Part shown: one piece after another, positions 1 through 9,463 of the stretch
Position numbering within the stretch: position 1 is the stretch's first letter
Layout of the letters: the number at the start of each line of letters is the position of its first letter
Origin: Desulfovibrionaceae bacterium
GTDB lineage: Bacteria; Desulfobacterota; Desulfovibrionia; Desulfovibrionales; Desulfovibrionaceae
Length of the DNA: 64,000 nucleotides
NCBI GenBank assembly: GCA_040307135.1
Contig: JAWRKD010000130.1
Location: forward strand, 4,231 to 68,230
Reading direction: 5' to 3'
Notes under the pieces: model-generated
Seen by the model: the letters and a program-made list of their open reading frames with translations, nothing else
Database searches by the model: none
Told to the model about the DNA's origin: nothing
Position numbers and translations under genes: made by a program

Positions 1-794
1 AATCCGAAAGGCGCCACCAGTTCGCGATGCTCCGCGCTGCCGATGAAGCGGCTCAATTCGCCGCTGCAGGCCGCGCACAGCGCCGGACAGTTCTTGCGAA
101 AGACGAAGGCCCCGAAGCCGAGCCGGTCCGAGACTCCGGGCTCCTGCTCGAAGGGATCGGCCACCTCGGCGCGGCCCAGGCGATCCTGGCTCGCCATCCA
201 GCGCACCGTGGGCGAGGACAGGGCCAGGCCGTCCGCCTGGCCGGATTCCACGGCCACCAGGCCGGTGACCGCGTCCGGCGCCACCACCAGCAGGTCCCCC
301 CGGGACCGGTACAGCCCGCGCAGCAGGCGCTCCTCCACAGAACCGCCAAGCACGGCCACCCGCGCGCCCCTGGCCGCGGCCTGGCCGTAGGAGTGCAGGC
401 CCAGGGGGTTGCCGGCAAGCACGAGCAGGGCCTGGCGCACGCGGAAGGTGGGCTCGGAAAAAAGGACCCGTTCCGCCCGCTCCCGGGTGATGAACATGCC
501 CGCGGCCACCATGTCCACGCGGCCCTCCTCCAGCTCCTCGATGAGCCGGGAAAATTCCGTCTGCCGCCATTCGATGCGGCCGATGCCCAGGCGTTCCACG
601 ACGACTCGCGCCACTTCCGGAGCCTCGCCCGTGACCCAGCCCTGGGGCGAGAGAAAGGCGAAGGGCGCTTCCGCGGCGTAGCCGATGCGGATGACCCCCT
701 CCCGCCTCAGGCGCTCCAGGGAGCCGTCCTCCGCCGCGCACCCCGCCGCCATTGCCAGCAGCGCCACTGCCCATGCGATCCGTGCGAAAACCAT
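1..794 (-). CDS. Amino-acid ABC transporter substrate-binding lipoprotein (family 3 solute-binding protein), C-terminus outside window
   Basis: The minus-strand frame is open to the window edge, so it is absent from the ORF track. ATG at 794-792. Translation begins MVFARIAWAVALLAMAAGCAAEDGSLERLRREGVIRIGYAAEAPFAF...GRVDMVAAGMFITRERAERVLFSEPTF. It has a lipobox-like signal (LAMAAGC) and typical polar amino acid binding-protein motifs. Confidence 0.7.
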   Translation of the reverse strand, partial: MVFARIAWAVALLAMAAGCAAEDGSLERLRREGVIRIGYAAEAPFAFLSPQGWVTGEAPEVARVVVERLGIGRIEWRQTEFSRLIEELEEGRVDMVAAGMFITRERAERVLFSEPTFRVRQALLVLAGNPLGLHSYGQAAARGARVAVLGGSVEERLLRGLYRSRGDLLVVAPDAVTGLVAVESGQADGLALSSPTVRWMASQDRLGRAEVADPFEQEPGVSDRLGFGAFVFRKNCPALCAACSGELSRFIGSAEHRELVAPFG

Positions 795-920
795 GGCCGC
801 GTCCTCCTTTGTCCGGCCGAAGGTCCGGGCCCGGAGTGGTGGAGATAAAACCAATGATAGCAGATCGCCGATATTCCGGCCAATGATAAATGAACGCCCG
901 TGACTGGCCGGGCAGCGGGA

Positions 921-1835
921 TCAGAGGTCGAGCTTGATGGGCGCGCCGGAGGCCCGGTCCGGGGTTCCGGCAGCCTGGCCCGGAGCCGGCTTGGGAGCCT
1001 TGTCCGGAAGGTTTTTGGCGGGGTCGAAGCCCGCGCCGAAGATGCGCGGCCCCACCTGCTTGAGCAGCCTGAGGGCCTCCTGGTTGGTGGGATTGAGCTG
1101 GAGCACCTGGGTCAGGGAGTCGTAGGCCTCGGACCAGCTCCGCTTCTGGGTGGCCAGCCTGCCCATGCGCAGGAACAGGCTCTCGTTGCCCCCGAACCGG
1201 CGCAGGGCGTCCTTGAGCACATCCTCGGCCTTGTCCAGCTCGCCCGTGGCCTCGTAGCAGAGCACGGAAAACTGGTAGGGCCGGGGGTCCGCGGGGTCCA
1301 CCTCCTGGCCGCGCTTGAAGTATTCCAGGGCCTCCGCGAACAGCCCGGCCATCATCAGGCGGTTGCCGATGTCCACGGGCAGGTTCTTCTCGTCCGGGAA
1401 CATCTCGCTGGCCTTGCGGAACAGTTTGCGGGCCTCCAGGGGCTCCTTTTTCACCAGGAACTCCTGGGCCTTGATGAGCATCTCGTCCAGTTCCATCTTC
1501 TGGGCCCGTATCTTCTCCATGCGGACCTTCTCAATGGCCGCCTCAAGCTTGTCGTGCATGCGCCTGAGCGTGCGCCAGAGGGTCTTTTCCTGGCCCTTCT
1601 GGTACTGGATGCCCTGGGGGAAGACGCGCTTGATCTGCTTCATGCCCGAAAGGTCGCGCAGGGCCTCGTCCAGCAGCACGTTCACCTCGAAGCGCTCGCG
1701 GCCGAAGATCTGGCTGCCGTGGAGCAGCTCCAGGGCCTGGCACAGGGCCTTGAGCGTGCGGAGATAGTCGTTGCGCTGGATATAGGACTTGGCCCTGGCG
1801 ATGAATTCCTTGACCGTCTTGGCGCTGGCCGACAT
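921..1835 (-). CDS. Tetratricopeptide (TPR) repeat protein
   Basis: 304-aa ORF with ATG at 1835 and RBS GGAGAA. TPR-like helical repeats are visible (EALEYFKRGQEVDPADPRPYQFSVLCYEATGELDKAEDVLKDALR..., LQLNPTNQEALRLL). Third codon positions are GC-rich. Confidence 0.75.
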   Translation of the reverse strand: MSASAKTVKEFIARAKSYIQRNDYLRTLKALCQALELLHGSQIFGRERFEVNVLLDEALRDLSGMKQIKRVFPQGIQYQKGQEKTLWRTLRRMHDKLEAAIEKVRMEKIRAQKMELDEMLIKAQEFLVKKEPLEARKLFRKASEMFPDEKNLPVDIGNRLMMAGLFAEALEYFKRGQEVDPADPRPYQFSVLCYEATGELDKAEDVLKDALRRFGGNESLFLRMGRLATQKRSWSEAYDSLTQVLQLNPTNQEALRLLKQVGPRIFGAGFDPAKNLPDKAPKPAPGQAAGTPDRASGAPIKLDL

Positions 1836-1919
1836 ACGTTCTCCAGGGACCCGGGGCTGTTGCGGGCTGTGAAACTGCGGAAAATATTAAGCGATTCTTA
1901 ATACAGCCGGCCCGCCATT

Positions 1920-2702
1920 TCAAGCTTTGCCCGAGGAATCGGCGTCCGGCAGAAGGACCCCGGCCTGGCGCAATGCCTGGAGCATGTGCTCGTGGTGCGA
2001 GCCCTGCCAGAAGATCCGGCCGCAGCCCGGGCAGATCCGGAAGTCGTGGTAATAGAGGCGGGTCTTGGGCTCCAGCCGGTGCAGCACGGCCGCCTTGTCC
2101 ACGGCCCGCAGGGCCAGATTGCAGCGCAGGCAGCGGCCGAAGGGCGCGGGCGCACGCCGCACGCCGAAGAGGTCCAGGACCTCCAGGAGCTGGTCCATGG
2201 GCCGGGCGGCCCGCACCAGGCGGCCCCAGACGATCTCCCCGCGCTTGAGCAAGGCCCGGTCCCGCGAGAGCACCACCCGCCCCTCCTCTGCGGCCAGGCG
2301 GGCGAGGCGGCCGTCGCCGTAGCTGCGGTCATAGGCCGCGTCGAAGCCCAGGGTGCGCAGCAGGGCGGCCAGCTTGGCCACGTTCTCGTCCACGGCGAAG
2401 CGCAGCTCCGGCAGGGCGTGGGGCCGCAACAGGGTGGGCGCGGTCACGTCCACGGGCGGGCAAGCGGGTCCCACGCGCACCTCCTGGCCGGGCTCCAGGA
2501 TGTGGCCGAAATCCACGGCCCGGCCATCCACGGTCAGGGTATAGACCTCGGTGTGGGGCACGCCCAGGGACTCGACCACGTCCTTGATGGAGGCCCGGCG
2601 CGAGGCGTCGAAGACCAGCGGGCCGGGGTCGGCAAGCCGCACCAGGGCCTGGAGTTCTCCCTCGAAATCCAGGCGCGCCGGGCGATGCGTATCAGTCGCC
2701 AT
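1920..2702 (-). CDS. Mut7-C (DUF82) PIN-like RNase domain protein with N-terminal ubiquitin-like domain and C-terminal zinc ribbon
   Basis: 260-aa ORF. The N-terminal beta-grasp-like segment reads [39 protein letters not shown]. The central part is Mut7-C-like ([22 protein letters not shown]...[12 protein letters not shown]). The C-terminal zinc ribbon is CLRCN...[13 protein letters not shown]. Confidence 0.7.
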   Translation of the reverse strand: MATDTHRPARLDFEGELQALVRLADPGPLVFDASRRASIKDVVESLGVPHTEVYTLTVDGRAVDFGHILEPGQEVRVGPACPPVDVTAPTLLRPHALPELRFAVDENVAKLAALLRTLGFDAAYDRSYGDGRLARLAAEEGRVVLSRDRALLKRGEIVWGRLVRAARPMDQLLEVLDLFGVRRAPAPFGRCLRCNLALRAVDKAAVLHRLEPKTRLYYHDFRICPGCGRIFWQGSHHEHMLQALRQAGVLLPDADSSGKA

Positions 2703-2808
2703 GAAACCACCCTACCCGCAGAGCCGTCCCGGCTCAAGCCGGACGGAGGGTCGAGCGCCTTGTCCCCCGGCCCCGGCCTCTGCTATCCTGGCCCCAACGG
2801 AGGGTCCC

Positions 2809-4461
2809 ATGCCCCTGCATCCCCTGGCCGGCAAGCCCGCGCCCCGCGAACTCTTGGCCAACATTCCCCGCCTGGTGGCGGCCTACTATGCCCTCTCGCC
2901 GGACCCCGACGAGCCGTCCCAGGCGGTGAGCTTCGGCACCTCGGGCCACCGGGGCCGCTCCCTGGAGCAGTCCTTCAACGAGGGCCACATCCTGGCCATT
3001 GTCCAGGCCGTGTGCGAACAGCGCGCCGCCCGCGGAGTGGACGGCCCGCTCTTCCTGGGCATGGACACCCACGCCCTGTCCGAGCCCGCGCTCATGACCG
3101 CCCTGGAGGTCCTGGCGGCCAACGGCGTGGCCACCCGCATCCAGGCCGGCCGCGGCCACACGCCCACGCCGGTGATCTCCCACGCCATCCTCACCCACAA
3201 CCGGAGCCGGAAGAGCGCACTGGCCGACGGCATCGTCATCACGCCCTCGCACAACCCGCCCGAGGACGGCGGCATCAAGTACAACCCGCCCGAGGGCGGC
3301 CCGGCCGACACGGCCACCACCACGGCCATCCAGGATCGGGCCAACGCGCTCCTGCGCGGCGGGCTCAAGGAGGTCCGGCGCATGCCCTTTGCCCGGGCCA
3401 TCGCGGCGGACTGCGTGGCGGAATACGACTACGTGACCCCCTACGTGGCCGATCTCGGCAACATCCTGGACCTGGACCTGGCCGCCGCGGCCGGCATGAA
3501 CATCGGCGTGGACCCCCTGGGCGGTTCGGGCCTGGCCTACTGGGACCCCATCGCCGACCGCTACGGCCTCAAGCTCACGGTGGTGAACCGGGCCGTGGAC
3601 CCCACCTTCTCTTTCATGACCGTGGACAAGGACGGCAAGATCCGCATGGACTGCTCCTCGCCCTACGCCATGGCCTCGCTCATCGGGCACCGGGAGCGCT
3701 TCGACCTGGCCTTCGGCAACGACCCGGACTTCGACCGCCACGGCATCGTCACCCGCGGGACCGGGCTGCTCAACCCCAACCACTACCTGGCCGTGGCCGT
3801 GAGCGAACTGTTCCGCACCCGGCCCGGCTGGAGCCCGGCGGCGGCCGTGGGCAAGACGCTCGTCTCCAGTTCGCTCATCGACCGCGTGGCCGCGGACCTG
3901 GGCCGCACGCTGCGCGAGGTGCCCGTGGGCTTCAAGTGGTTCGTGGACGGGCTTCTGGACGGGAGCCTGGGCTTCGGCGGCGAGGAGTCGGCCGGAGCCA
4001 GCTTCCTGCGCAGGGACGGCACGGTCTGGACCACGGACAAGGACGGCATCATCATGGACCTCCTGGCCGTGGAGATCACCGCCCGCACCGGCCGCGACCC
4101 CGGGGAGCTCTACCGGCAGCTCACGGCGCGGCTGGGCGAGCCGCTCTACCAGCGCCTGGACGTGGCCTGCGCCCCGGCCCAGAAGCAGGCCTTCGCCAGT
4201 CTCACGCCGGACATGGTGACGGCCTCGGAACTGGCCGGAGAGCCCATCCGGGCCCGGCTCACCAAGGCCCCGGGCAACGGCCGGTCCTTCGGCGGGCTCA
4301 AGGTGGTCACGGACAACGGCTGGTTCGCGGCCCGGCCCTCGGGCACCGAGGACATCTACAAGATCTACGCCGAGAGCTTCCTGGGCGAGGACCACCTCAA
4401 GCGCCTGCAGGAGGAGGCCCAGGACATGGTGCGCAAAGCCTTCCAGGCGGCCGGGGCCTGA
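2809..4461 (+). CDS. pgm: Phosphoglucomutase, alpha-D-glucose phosphate-specific
   Basis: In-frame ATG at 2809 inside ORF 2551..4461 gives about 550 aa, starting [27 protein letters not shown]. Phosphoserine-loop region FGTSGHRG; [19 protein letters not shown]; sugar-binding [10 protein letters not shown]. Confidence 0.9.
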   Translation: MPLHPLAGKPAPRELLANIPRLVAAYYALSPDPDEPSQAVSFGTSGHRGRSLEQSFNEGHILAIVQAVCEQRAARGVDGPLFLGMDTHALSEPALMTALEVLAANGVATRIQAGRGHTPTPVISHAILTHNRSRKSALADGIVITPSHNPPEDGGIKYNPPEGGPADTATTTAIQDRANALLRGGLKEVRRMPFARAIAADCVAEYDYVTPYVADLGNILDLDLAAAAGMNIGVDPLGGSGLAYWDPIADRYGLKLTVVNRAVDPTFSFMTVDKDGKIRMDCSSPYAMASLIGHRERFDLAFGNDPDFDRHGIVTRGTGLLNPNHYLAVAVSELFRTRPGWSPAAAVGKTLVSSSLIDRVAADLGRTLREVPVGFKWFVDGLLDGSLGFGGEESAGASFLRRDGTVWTTDKDGIIMDLLAVEITARTGRDPGELYRQLTARLGEPLYQRLDVACAPAQKQAFASLTPDMVTASELAGEPIRARLTKAPGNGRSFGGLKVVTDNGWFAARPSGTEDIYKIYAESFLGEDHLKRLQEEAQDMVRKAFQAAGA

Positions 4462-4464
4462 ACG

Positions 4465-4491
4465 CAAAAAAGCCGCCTCCATTGCGGCGGC
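4465..4491 (-). terminator. Candidate intrinsic terminator downstream of the MarR gene
   Basis: GCCGCC-N8-GGCGGC hairpin (4472-4491). On the minus strand it is followed by a T6 run (complement of A6 at 4466-4471). It lies between the convergent pgm and marR-type genes. Confidence 0.4.
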
Positions 4492-4526
4492 GGCCATACA
4501 ACCCATTCTTTTTCCTGACTATCGAT

Positions 4527-5042
4527 TCATTTATCGATATTCTCGAAGGCCTCGATGCCGCTCTGGATGCGGGCCAGAAGCGCGGTCAAGGTGACCCACT
4601 CCTCGCAGGTCAGGCAGGCGGCGAAGCGCGTGGTCCGGCGGGAATGCTCCGGCAGCACCCGCTGGATCAATTCCTGCCCCTGGGGAGTCAGGCGCACGAG
4701 CTTCTTGCGCCGGTCCTCGGCGTCGTCCGCGCGGGTCACCAGCCCGTCCCGCTCCAGCCCGTCCAGGAGCCCGGTCATGGTGGCCCGGGTCACGCCCACC
4801 CCGTGGGCCAGGGACGAGGGCGACACGGCTTCGTCCGGGGTGCGGAACATGACCGCCAGGACGAGGAAGCGGCCATTCGACAGCCCGTACTGGCTCAGGA
4901 AACGCTCGAACGACTCGCGCATGTCGCGTGTGGTGAGGCCCAGGGCCAGACAGGCCCGCACGGCCCGAGGGTCCATGGAGTTGAACCGCCGGGAAATGTC
5001 CAACAGCATGGCTTCATCAGGGAAGTCGCGGACAAACAGCAT
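4527..5042 (-). CDS. MarR-family transcriptional regulator
   Basis: 171-aa ORF. Winged-helix region LSNGRFLVLAVMF...SSLAHGVGVTRATMTGLLDGLERDGLVTRADDAEDRRKKLVRLTPQGQEL is typical of MarR. Confidence 0.85.
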   Translation of the reverse strand: MLFVRDFPDEAMLLDISRRFNSMDPRAVRACLALGLTTRDMRESFERFLSQYGLSNGRFLVLAVMFRTPDEAVSPSSLAHGVGVTRATMTGLLDGLERDGLVTRADDAEDRRKKLVRLTPQGQELIQRVLPEHSRRTTRFAACLTCEEWVTLTALLARIQSGIEAFENIDK

Positions 5043-5053
5043 GGCGGCACCTC

Positions 5054-5082
5054 GTTAGGGGCCATATAGTATGGCCCCTAAC
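5054..5082. promoter_or_regulatory. Perfect 13-bp-arm palindrome (candidate MarR operator and/or trpA terminator)
   Basis: GTTAGGGGCCATA-TAG-TATGGCCCCTAAC. It starts 12 nt upstream of the MarR start codon and ends 23 nt downstream of the trpA stop. Confidence 0.45.
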
Positions 5083-5104
5083 GAATGTCAAGTCCGCCCT
5101 GGGA

Positions 5105-5869
5105 TCACCTCCAGCGCGCCATGAACCCGGCCGCGTCCCCGCCCGCGTCCAGGTGCTTGATGAGGCTGGAGCCGAACACGGCCGCGTCCACCTGGCCGCG
5201 CAGTTCGGCCAACTGCTCCGGGGACTTGATCCCGAAGCCCAGGGCCAGGGGGATGGTGAAGGTCTCCTTGGCCAGGGCCAGGCCCTGGCGCACCTCGGAC
5301 GGCAGGCTGGCGCGCTCGCCCGTGGTGCCCAGGACCGAGACGAAGTAGGCGAAGCCCCGGGCCTTCCTGGCATAGAGGCCCATGCGTTCCCGGCTCGTGT
5401 TCAGGCCCACCAGGGGGATGAGGTCCAGGCCCTGGGCCTCCAGGGCCTCGCGCACGGGCCCGGCCTCCTCGAAGGGCAGGTCGGCCAGGATCAGCCCGTT
5501 GACGCCCGCGGCCGCGGCGTCCTTGGCGAAGCGATCCAGGCCATACTGGAGCACCGGGTTCAGGTAGCCCATGAGCACGATGCCCGCCCGGATGCCCGCG
5601 CGCCGCAGGGCCAGCTCGTTGAGAATCCAGGACAGGTTCACGCCCAGGTCCAGGGCCTTGAGCGAGGCGGCCTCCACCACGGGGCCGTCGGCCACGGGAT
5701 CGGAAAAGGGCATGCCGATCTCGATGATGTCGGCCCCGCCCGCGTCCAGGCCCGCGATTTCGACCCAGAAGCGGGACTTGTCCGGGTAGCCCGCGGGCAG
5801 GAAGGGAATGAGGCCCAGACGCCCGGCGGCGTGGGCCGCCGTGATCTTCTCGGTGAGCAGCGAATTCAT
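5105..5869 (-). CDS. trpA: Tryptophan synthase alpha chain
   Basis: 254 aa. LIPFLPAGYPD...IIEIGMPFSDPVADGPVV...GLILADLP...YFVSVLGTTG are canonical TrpA motifs. Confidence 0.95.
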   Translation of the reverse strand: MNSLLTEKITAAHAAGRLGLIPFLPAGYPDKSRFWVEIAGLDAGGADIIEIGMPFSDPVADGPVVEAASLKALDLGVNLSWILNELALRRAGIRAGIVLMGYLNPVLQYGLDRFAKDAAAAGVNGLILADLPFEEAGPVREALEAQGLDLIPLVGLNTSRERMGLYARKARGFAYFVSVLGTTGERASLPSEVRQGLALAKETFTIPLALGFGIKSPEQLAELRGQVDAAVFGSSLIKHLDAGGDAAGFMARWR

Positions 5870-5896
5870 GATGATCTCTCCGTTGGCTATCCGGTT

Positions 5897-7060
5897 TCAG
5901 CCCTGGCTCTCGGCCACGATGCCCAGGTCCTTGTCCCCGCGGCCCGAGAGGCAGACGATGACGCTCTGGCCCTTGAGCTCGGCGGCGTTCTCCAGGACCC
6001 AGGCCAGGGCATGGCAGGATTCCAGGGCCGGGATCACGCCCTCGCCCCGGGTCAGGGCCTGGAACGCGGCCAGGGCCTGGCGGTCGTTGGCCAGGCGGTA
6101 TTCGGCCCGGCCGGCGGCCTGGAGCGCCGCGTGCTCCGGCCCCACGCCCGGGTAGTCCAGGCCCGGGGCGATGGAGTGCGAGGGCAGGATCTGGCCCTCG
6201 TCGGTCTGCAGGAGCTGGGTGCGCATGCCATGGAGCACGCCGGGACGGCCCAGGTTCAGGGGCGCGGAGTTGTAGCAGCCCGGCTCGCCCGAGCCCGCGG
6301 CCTCCACGCCGATGAGCCGCACCTCGCGGTCCGGGATGAACTCGTGGAACATGCCGATGGCGTTGGAGCCGCCGCCCACGCAGGCCACCACGGCGTGCGG
6401 CAGGCGGCCGTTCTTCTCCAGGAACTGGGCCCGGGCCTCGCGGCTGATGACGGTCTGGAACTCGTGCACCAGCTCCGGGAAGGGATGCGGACCGGCGGCC
6501 GTGCCGAAGCAGTAGTGGGCGGTCCGCTGTTCCGCGATCCAGTAGCGCAGGGCCGCGTTGATGGCGTCCTTGAGGGTCTGGGTGCCGGACTCCACGGCCA
6601 CCACGCGCGCGCCCAAAAGCTCCATGCGCTGGACGTTGTGGGACTGCCGCTGCACGTCCACCGCGCCCATGAAGACCACGCACTCCAGGCCGAAGCGCGC
6701 CGCGGCCGTGGCCGTGGCCACGCCGTGCTGGCCCGCTCCGGTCTCGGCCATGAGCACGCGCTTGCCGATCATCCGGGTGAGCAGGCCCTGGCCGATGGTG
6801 TTGTTGATCTTGTGCGAGCCGGTGTGGTTCAGGTCCTCGCGCTTGAGCCAGATGTCCACGCCCGTGGCCGCCGAGAGCGTGGGGCAGAAGGTCAGGGGCG
6901 AGGGACGGCCCACGTAGTCCTTGAGTTCCGCGGAGTAGCGCGCCCTGAACTCGTCGGTGCGCACCACCTCGGCCAAAACCTTCTCCAGCTCCAGAAGCGG
7001 CGGCATGAGCAGCTCGGGCACGAACTGTCCGCCGAAGTCGCCGAAATAGCCTTTCTTCAT
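5897..7060 (-). CDS. trpB: Tryptophan synthase beta chain
   Basis: Internal ATG at 7060 gives 387 aa, starting MKKGYFGDFGGQFVPE. PLP-lysine motif LNHTGSHKINN; GGGSNAIG. The start overlaps the trpF stop by 4 nt (ATGA). Confidence 0.95.
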   Translation of the reverse strand: MKKGYFGDFGGQFVPELLMPPLLELEKVLAEVVRTDEFRARYSAELKDYVGRPSPLTFCPTLSAATGVDIWLKREDLNHTGSHKINNTIGQGLLTRMIGKRVLMAETGAGQHGVATATAAARFGLECVVFMGAVDVQRQSHNVQRMELLGARVVAVESGTQTLKDAINAALRYWIAEQRTAHYCFGTAAGPHPFPELVHEFQTVISREARAQFLEKNGRLPHAVVACVGGGSNAIGMFHEFIPDREVRLIGVEAAGSGEPGCYNSAPLNLGRPGVLHGMRTQLLQTDEGQILPSHSIAPGLDYPGVGPEHAALQAAGRAEYRLANDRQALAAFQALTRGEGVIPALESCHALAWVLENAAELKGQSVIVCLSGRGDKDLGIVAESQG

Positions 7061-7704
7061 GACCTCTCTCCCCGCTGTTGGATGTTGCGCCCGGCAAGCC
7101 GCAGAACCTGCGCGATCTTGTCCGGGTTCTTGATGCCCGGGGCGTCCTCCACCCCGGAGTTGCAGTCCAGGCCAAAGGGCGCGCAGGCCGCCAGGGCGGC
7201 CGCCACGGTGTCCGGGCCGAGCCCGCCCGCCAGGAACCAATCCTTCGGCATCACAGCCTGTTGTAAATATGTCGCATCAATGCTCCGGCCGTGGCCGCCG
7301 CCCGCGCTTCCGGCGTCCAGGAGCAGGTAGCGGCAGCAGTCCGCAAAGGCCGCGGCCTCGACCTCCAAGGCCTGGCGCGAGCCCAGGGCCTCGGGCCAGA
7401 GCACCTTGACGACCCGCTCCGGTCCCACGGCCCGGCAGAACCCCCGGTCTTGGCCCCCGTGGAGCTGGGCCAGGTCCAGACCGGCCAGATCCATGATCCG
7501 GTTCACCTCGTCCGCGGTCTGGCGCACGAAGAGCCCCACCTTGAGCCCGCGGCCCCGCTGGAAACGGGCGGCAAAGGACGGATCCACGCAACGTGGGCTG
7601 CCGGAATGGAAGATGAAGCCGAGGAAGTCCACGCCCAGGTCCTGGCAGGCCAGCACGTCCTGACTGCGGGTCAGGCCGCAGACCTTGATCCGCACCGGGT
7701 TCAC
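7057..7704 (-). CDS. trpF: N-(5'-phosphoribosyl)anthranilate isomerase
   Basis: 215 aa. VRIKVCGLTR...GVDFLGFIF...SPR...LDAGSAGGGHGRSID...FLAGGLGPD is TrpF-like. It sits between trpC and trpB. Confidence 0.9.
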   Translation of the reverse strand: MNPVRIKVCGLTRSQDVLACQDLGVDFLGFIFHSGSPRCVDPSFAARFQRGRGLKVGLFVRQTADEVNRIMDLAGLDLAQLHGGQDRGFCRAVGPERVVKVLWPEALGSRQALEVEAAAFADCCRYLLLDAGSAGGGHGRSIDATYLQQAVMPKDWFLAGGLGPDTVAAALAACAPFGLDCNSGVEDAPGIKNPDKIAQVLRLAGRNIQQRGERS

Positions 7705-8465
7705 GGCCGCCCTCCCCGCGCCAGGGCGGCCAGGGCCGCGCCGGGGTCGGCGCTGGACATGAGCGAGGTGCCCACCAGCACGGCCCCGAAGCCCAGGTCG
7801 CGCATCTCGGCCACCTGCTCCGGCCGGTCGATGCCGCTGGCGCTGATCCAGAACTCGCCCGCCCCGCGCTGCGGGGCCAGCCGCCGCGACACGTCCAGGC
7901 CCACCCGCAGGGTGTCCAGATCGCGGTTGTTCACCTGGAGGAGCGTGGCCCCGGAATCCCGCGCCAGGCCCAGGTCGGCCTCGTCGAAGACCTCCACCAC
8001 GGCCTCCAGGCCCAGGCCCTCGGCCTGCTCGCGCAGGCTGCGCAGCTCCGTGGCCGCGCCGAACATGCGCGCGATGAGCAGGAGCGCCGAGGCCGAGGTG
8101 GCCGCGGTCTGGGCCACCTGGAGCGGATGAAAAAGGAAGTCCTTGCGCAACAGCGGCAGGCCCGGCCCGGTCATGGCCGCGAGAAATTCAAGCCGGCCCT
8201 GGAAATAGGCCTCCTCGGTGAGCACGGAGAGGGCCGCGGCCCCGGCCCGGGCATACATGGCGGCCACATCGCCGGGCTCCAGCCCCAGGTTGATGACGCC
8301 CTTGGACGGCGAGGCCCGCTTGTACTCGGCAATGACCGCGCAGGGGCCCTTGGCCTCCAGTCCGGCCCGGAAGCCCGGCCGCGCGCCGGGCAGCGGGGGC
8401 GGCGGGCCCTGGGCCAGCAGCCGCTCGATCTCGGCCTGTTTGGCCTGGCGGAAACGCTCAAGCAT
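7701..8465 (-). CDS. trpC: Indole-3-glycerol phosphate synthase
   Basis: 254 aa. VIAEYKRASPSKG...LSVLTEEAYFQG...LLRKDFL...QVNNRDL...SGI are TrpC motifs. It overlaps trpF by 4 nt. Confidence 0.9.
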   Translation of the reverse strand: MLERFRQAKQAEIERLLAQGPPPPLPGARPGFRAGLEAKGPCAVIAEYKRASPSKGVINLGLEPGDVAAMYARAGAAALSVLTEEAYFQGRLEFLAAMTGPGLPLLRKDFLFHPLQVAQTAATSASALLLIARMFGAATELRSLREQAEGLGLEAVVEVFDEADLGLARDSGATLLQVNNRDLDTLRVGLDVSRRLAPQRGAGEFWISASGIDRPEQVAEMRDLGFGAVLVGTSLMSSADPGAALAALARGGRP

Positions 8466-9453
8466 GGGGGGCCTCCGGGCTCAGGCCCCGGGCCACCTTG
8501 GCCCTGGCCTCCTCCAGACAGTCGGCCAGGGGCCGCTCCGTGAGGAGCGAAAGACAGGCCGCCAGGTTCAGGGCGGTCATGTCCTGCATAGCCGCGTTGC
8601 CTTGGCCCGCCAGCACGGCCTTGAGCGCGGCCACGGCCTGGTCCTTGCCCTCGGCGCGCACTCCCTCGGGCTTGTGCAGGGGCAGGCCCAGGGCCTGGGG
8701 GTCGATCTCCAGGGACTCCACCGCGCCGCCCCGCACGAGCCGGGCCTGGGCCGGGCCGAAGGGGGTCAGTTCGTCGTAGCCGCCGAAGCCGTGCACCACC
8801 AGGGCGTGCTCCACGCCGGTGAGGGCCAGGGTCCGGGCCATGAGGTCCAGGGCCTGGGGCACGCCCACGCCCAGGAGCTGATGCGTGGGCCGGGCCGGGT
8901 TCAGGAGCGGCCCCATGAGGTTGAACAGGGTGCGGATGCCCAGTTCCCGGCGCACCGGCACCACGTGGGCGAAGGCCGGATGAAAGGCCGGGGCGAAGAG
9001 GAACACGAAGTTGCGGCGCGCAAGCTCCCGCGCGGCCTCCTCGGGCTCCTTGGGCAGGGGCAGGCCCAGGGCCTCCACCGCATCGGCGCTGCCGCAGGAC
9101 GAGGACACGGCGCGGTTGCCGTGCTTGACCACCTTGTGCCCCATGTCCGCCAGGAACAGGGCCACGGCCGTGGAGCAGTTGAAGCTGCACGAGCCGTCGC
9201 CGCCCGTGCCGCAGGTGTCGATGCGCGCGCCGGAAAGCCCCTCCACCCGGCGGGCGTGGCCCAGGGCCGCGTTCACGGCCGCGGCCAGTTCCTCCGGGGT
9301 CTCGCCCTTGGCCCGCAGGCCCATGAGCAGGGCCCCGGCCTGGGCCTGGGTCAGCTCCCCGGACATGAGCGCGCCGAAGGCCGCGCCCACCTGTTCCGCG
9401 CCCAGGTCCTGGCCCCGGGCCAGGGTCTCCAGAATGTCGCGAAGACCGTCCAT
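8458..9453 (-). CDS. trpD: Anthranilate phosphoribosyltransferase
   Basis: 331 aa. IDTCGTGGDGSCSFNCST...VVKHGNRAVSSSCGSADVL-like...FLFAPAFHPA are TrpD signatures. Confidence 0.95.
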   Translation of the reverse strand: MDGLRDILETLARGQDLGAEQVGAAFGALMSGELTQAQAGALLMGLRAKGETPEELAAAVNAALGHARRVEGLSGARIDTCGTGGDGSCSFNCSTAVALFLADMGHKVVKHGNRAVSSSCGSADAVEALGLPLPKEPEEAARELARRNFVFLFAPAFHPAFAHVVPVRRELGIRTLFNLMGPLLNPARPTHQLLGVGVPQALDLMARTLALTGVEHALVVHGFGGYDELTPFGPAQARLVRGGAVESLEIDPQALGLPLHKPEGVRAEGKDQAVAALKAVLAGQGNAAMQDMTALNLAACLSLLTERPLADCLEEARAKVARGLSPEAPHA

Positions 9454-9463
9454 GTTCCCCTCC

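Noticed and set aside
4500-4545. Direct repeat TATCGAT...TATCGAT near the MarR stop
   Set aside because: It is short, lies partly in the coding 3' end of the MarR gene, and ATCGAT is itself a palindrome. It is most likely chance.
1986-5069. 1027-aa plus-strand ORF spanning Mut7-C, pgm and marR
   Set aside because: It runs antisense to two recognisable genes and out of frame with pgm. The translation is Arg/Gly/Pro/Ala-rich with no family motifs. This is the typical open-frame artefact of high-GC DNA.
7061-7240. N-terminal extensions of track ORFs (trpB to 7240, metK to 20322, panD to 21332, aroA to 13741, pgm from 2551, lon from 51300, prepilin peptidase to 27082, TonB receptor to 39535, and others)
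   Set aside because: The extensions overlap the upstream gene, lack homology-like sequence and often begin at non-ATG codons. Internal ATG or GTG codons with good RBSs give family-typical lengths and conserved N-termini.
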